Shown: positions 19,626-21,838 of the stretch, one piece after another | Layout of the letters: every line of letters begins with the position of its first letter | Numbering within the stretch: the stretch's first letter is position 1 | Source: a virus | Direction: 5' to 3' (one strand) | IMG/VR virus record: IMGVR_UViG_3300023371_000434 | DNA: 21,838 nucleotides | Notes under the pieces: model-generated | Told to the model about the DNA's origin: nothing | The model's input: the letters and a program-made list of their open reading frames with translations, nothing else | Database searches by the model: none | Position numbers and translations under genes: made by a program

Positions 19626-20600
19626 ATGAATGAAGAAAAACCTATTATTGCTGAACGTATAAAAATTCTAAGAAAAGAAAAAGGATACACACAGGAACAG
19701 CTTGCTGATAAATTAGGATTAAACGCAAAATCAAGTATTGCTAACTATGAAAGTGGGGCAAATGCACCTAGCGATGAGATAAAATCTAAAATGTGTGAAT
19801 TGTTTGGATGTTCTATGGATTATCTAGTAGGAAAAAGTGAATTTAAAACAATTGAAGAAGATTTTGATAATTATTCTATTACTCAAAATAAACTTATTAT
19901 ATTGAAAACTATTGAAAGATATCATTCGGAATACGTTATCACATATTCTTTAAAAGAAGAGGATGTAGATTTTATAGTTGATGTATTGTGCAATATTAAT
20001 CAAAATAACATAAAAGAAAAAAAAGAAAAAATAGATAAATATGTTAATTCTTTTGATAAAGATGATAGAAAAGGAATTAGAGAATTTATAAATATAATTA
20101 TTAAAGAGTTAATAGAAGATTTAAAAGTTAAAAGTGTATTTCATTATTTTTATTCTTTAATAGATAACAAGAAAGAGAATATAAATAATATTTTACCAAA
20201 CAAATTTTATATGACGCCAGTATATGGACGTATATCTGCAGGACAACCTAATTGGGCTGAGGAATGTATTGAAGGTCGTATTCCTATTGACCCTGAAATG
20301 ATGAATATTACTAATCCAGAAGAATGTTTTTTCTTAAAAGTAAATGGTGAAAGTATGAATAAGGAAATTAAAAATGGCGCTTATGCCTTAATTAGAAAAA
20401 CTGATTTTGTAGAAAATGGTGATATAGCCGTTGTTTTAGTTAATGGATTTGATGCTACACTAAAGAAATTCTCAAAGCAAGGAGATTTGATTATATTAGA
20501 ACCATTAAGCAATGACCCTTCATTTAATACACAAGTATATAATAAAGATACTGAGATAAAAGTTATAGGGAAATATATTGGTAAAATGGAGATGAAATAA
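19626..20600 (+). CDS. CI-like repressor with HTH_XRE and S24/LexA-type peptidase domain
   Basis: N-terminal KGYTQEQLADKLGLNAKSSIANYESG; C-terminal GRISAGQP cleavage motif, FFLKVNGESMN, DIAVVLVNG. Confidence 0.92.
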   Translation: MNEEKPIIAERIKILRKEKGYTQEQLADKLGLNAKSSIANYESGANAPSDEIKSKMCELFGCSMDYLVGKSEFKTIEEDFDNYSITQNKLIILKTIERYHSEYVITYSLKEEDVDFIVDVLCNINQNNIKEKKEKIDKYVNSFDKDDRKGIREFINIIIKELIEDLKVKSVFHYFYSLIDNKKENINNILPNKFYMTPVYGRISAGQPNWAEECIEGRIPIDPEMMNITNPEECFFLKVNGESMNKEIKNGAYALIRKTDFVENGDIAVVLVNGFDATLKKFSKQGDLIILEPLSNDPSFNTQVYNKDTEIKVIGKYIGKMEMK

Positions 20601-21655
20601 TGGCAGGAACAATAAGAAAAAGAGGTAAAAATAGTTATTATCTTGAATATATGTGCGAAGGAGAAAGATATTCTCAAACAATTAAAGCTGATTCTAAAAC
20701 TGAAGCTAATAAAAAACTAGCTCAATTCATATCCGAAGTCGAAAAAGGGACTTATCTTTCTTCAAATTTATCTTTTACTGAATTAGCTCAAATGTTTTTA
20801 GATAAATACGCAAAGAATAATTTGTCAGATACAACTGTAATCAACTATAAATATCAACTTAATAAACATATCCTTCCTGAGATAGGACATTATAAAATAA
20901 ATACTCTAAAAAAACTTCATATTCAAGATTTAGCTAATAAAGAATGTGAAGAATATAATTTAGCATCTAAAACCATAAAAAACGATATAAAGCTAATTTC
21001 AGCAATTTTAGAAAAAGGTATTGAGTGGGAATTATTACAATCTAATGTTGCTCATAAAGTTGCTATTCCTAATAATAAGAATAAGCCCAAAAAAGAACAA
21101 GAAATTTATAATAATGAAGAAATAAAGTTATTATTTGATGTTTTAGATAAAACAGAAGACCCATTTAAAACTATGGTGTACGTGTCTTTTTATACTGGTG
21201 CTCGACGTGGCGAAGTATTAGCTTTACGTTGGAAAGATATAGATTTTAATAACAATATTATTCATATACAACAAAATAAAGTTAGAACTGTCAACGGAAC
21301 AACATTTAAAGAGACTAAAAATAAACGTACAAGAGAATTTGTTGCTCCAGAAATATTGATGAAGAAATTAAAAGAATTTTACAGCAATCAAGATAAAGAT
21401 GATTTATTATTTAATATATACCCATCAACTTACAGCAGACAATGGACTAGCTTTGTAAAGAAAAACAATTTAAAATATATTACTTTACATGATTTAAGAC
21501 ATACAAATGGAAGTCTATTAGCATCTAAAGGAGTAGATATAGTAACAATAGCTAAAAGACTTGGTCATCTTCCTGCAACTGCTTCTGCTTATTATTTACA
21601 TGCAATATCTGAAGAAGATAAAAAAGCCAGTCAAAAACTTGACGATTTATTTTAA
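20600..21655 (+). CDS. int: Tyrosine recombinase/phage integrase
   Basis: 351 aa; YTGARRGEVLAL, HDLRHTNGSLLASKG, LGH...YLH catalytic motifs; next to tRNA. Confidence 0.95.
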   Translation: MAGTIRKRGKNSYYLEYMCEGERYSQTIKADSKTEANKKLAQFISEVEKGTYLSSNLSFTELAQMFLDKYAKNNLSDTTVINYKYQLNKHILPEIGHYKINTLKKLHIQDLANKECEEYNLASKTIKNDIKLISAILEKGIEWELLQSNVAHKVAIPNNKNKPKKEQEIYNNEEIKLLFDVLDKTEDPFKTMVYVSFYTGARRGEVLALRWKDIDFNNNIIHIQQNKVRTVNGTTFKETKNKRTREFVAPEILMKKLKEFYSNQDKDDLLFNIYPSTYSRQWTSFVKKNNLKYITLHDLRHTNGSLLASKGVDIVTIAKRLGHLPATASAYYLHAISEEDKKASQKLDDLF

Positions 21656-21670
21656 TTTTTTTTACCCTTA

Positions 21671-21692
21671 ATTACGTCAAAATTACGTCAAA
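21671..21692 (+). repeat. Perfect tandem 11-bp repeat ATTACGTCAAA x2
   Basis: 21671-21681 and 21682-21692; between integrase and tRNA attachment site. Confidence 0.85.
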
Positions 21693-21703
21693 ACGCAAAA
21701 ATA

Positions 21704-21727
21704 GGATACAGTGTAAACGCTGTATCC
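21704..21727 (+). terminator. Integrase terminator
   Basis: GGATACAG-TGTAAACG-CTGTATCC followed by CTTTTATTTT. Confidence 0.8.
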
Positions 21728-21738
21728 CTTTATTTTCA

Positions 21739-21813
<75 letters not shown>

Positions 21814-21838
21814 AAATTACTTATATATTTTAACATGT

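Noticed and set aside
20381-20677. Minus-strand 98-aa ORF antisense to repressor/integrase
   Set aside because: Opposite strand of recognised repressor and integrase domains; no support.

Overview
The window is the right-hand part of a temperate, tailed-phage genome (prophage) of an AT-rich Gram-positive host. It is inserted next to a tRNA-Gly(UCC) gene at 21740-21813 (minus strand). Left to right it holds a head-tail joining gene, connector, HK97-type capsid, ClpP-like protease, portal, TerL, TerS and HNH. Next comes an early/late switch region with tiny ORFs, strong promoters and a structured noncoding stretch. Then come small accessory genes, a Toprim/D5-like primase-helicase, a DUF669-like protein, a Sak4-like ATPase, a RecB/Cas4-like nuclease, a VRR-NUC nuclease, an SNF2-like helicase, a Cro/CI-type switch and a tyrosine integrase. 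Main observation: seven genes appear broken, and all of them are restored by one rule. At an in-frame CGG codon, advance +1, so that C-GGR is read as one glycine. There are nine such sites (6978, 9955, 10001, 10348, 10992, 13863, 14101, 16190, 16666; first base, minus strand). All are CGGA or CGGG, and the codon before them varies (AAA x4, CUA x2, UUA, GAA, GGU). Reading them this way rebuilds recognisable motifs (NUMOD4 [30 protein letters not shown]...IELK, a continuous Toprim-primase/helicase). By manual scan, no CGG is used as an ordinary in-frame triplet in any intact gene, while about twenty out-of-frame CGGs (NNC GGN) need no shift, including ones in the same AAACGGA and TTACGGA heptamers. 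The adjacent tRNA-Gly has anticodon loop CUUCCGA: UCC followed by G37, so UCCG is complementary to the quadruplet CGGA (and wobble CGGG). I propose programmed +1 or quadruplet decoding of CGGR as glycine. The sequence suggests this but does not prove it.
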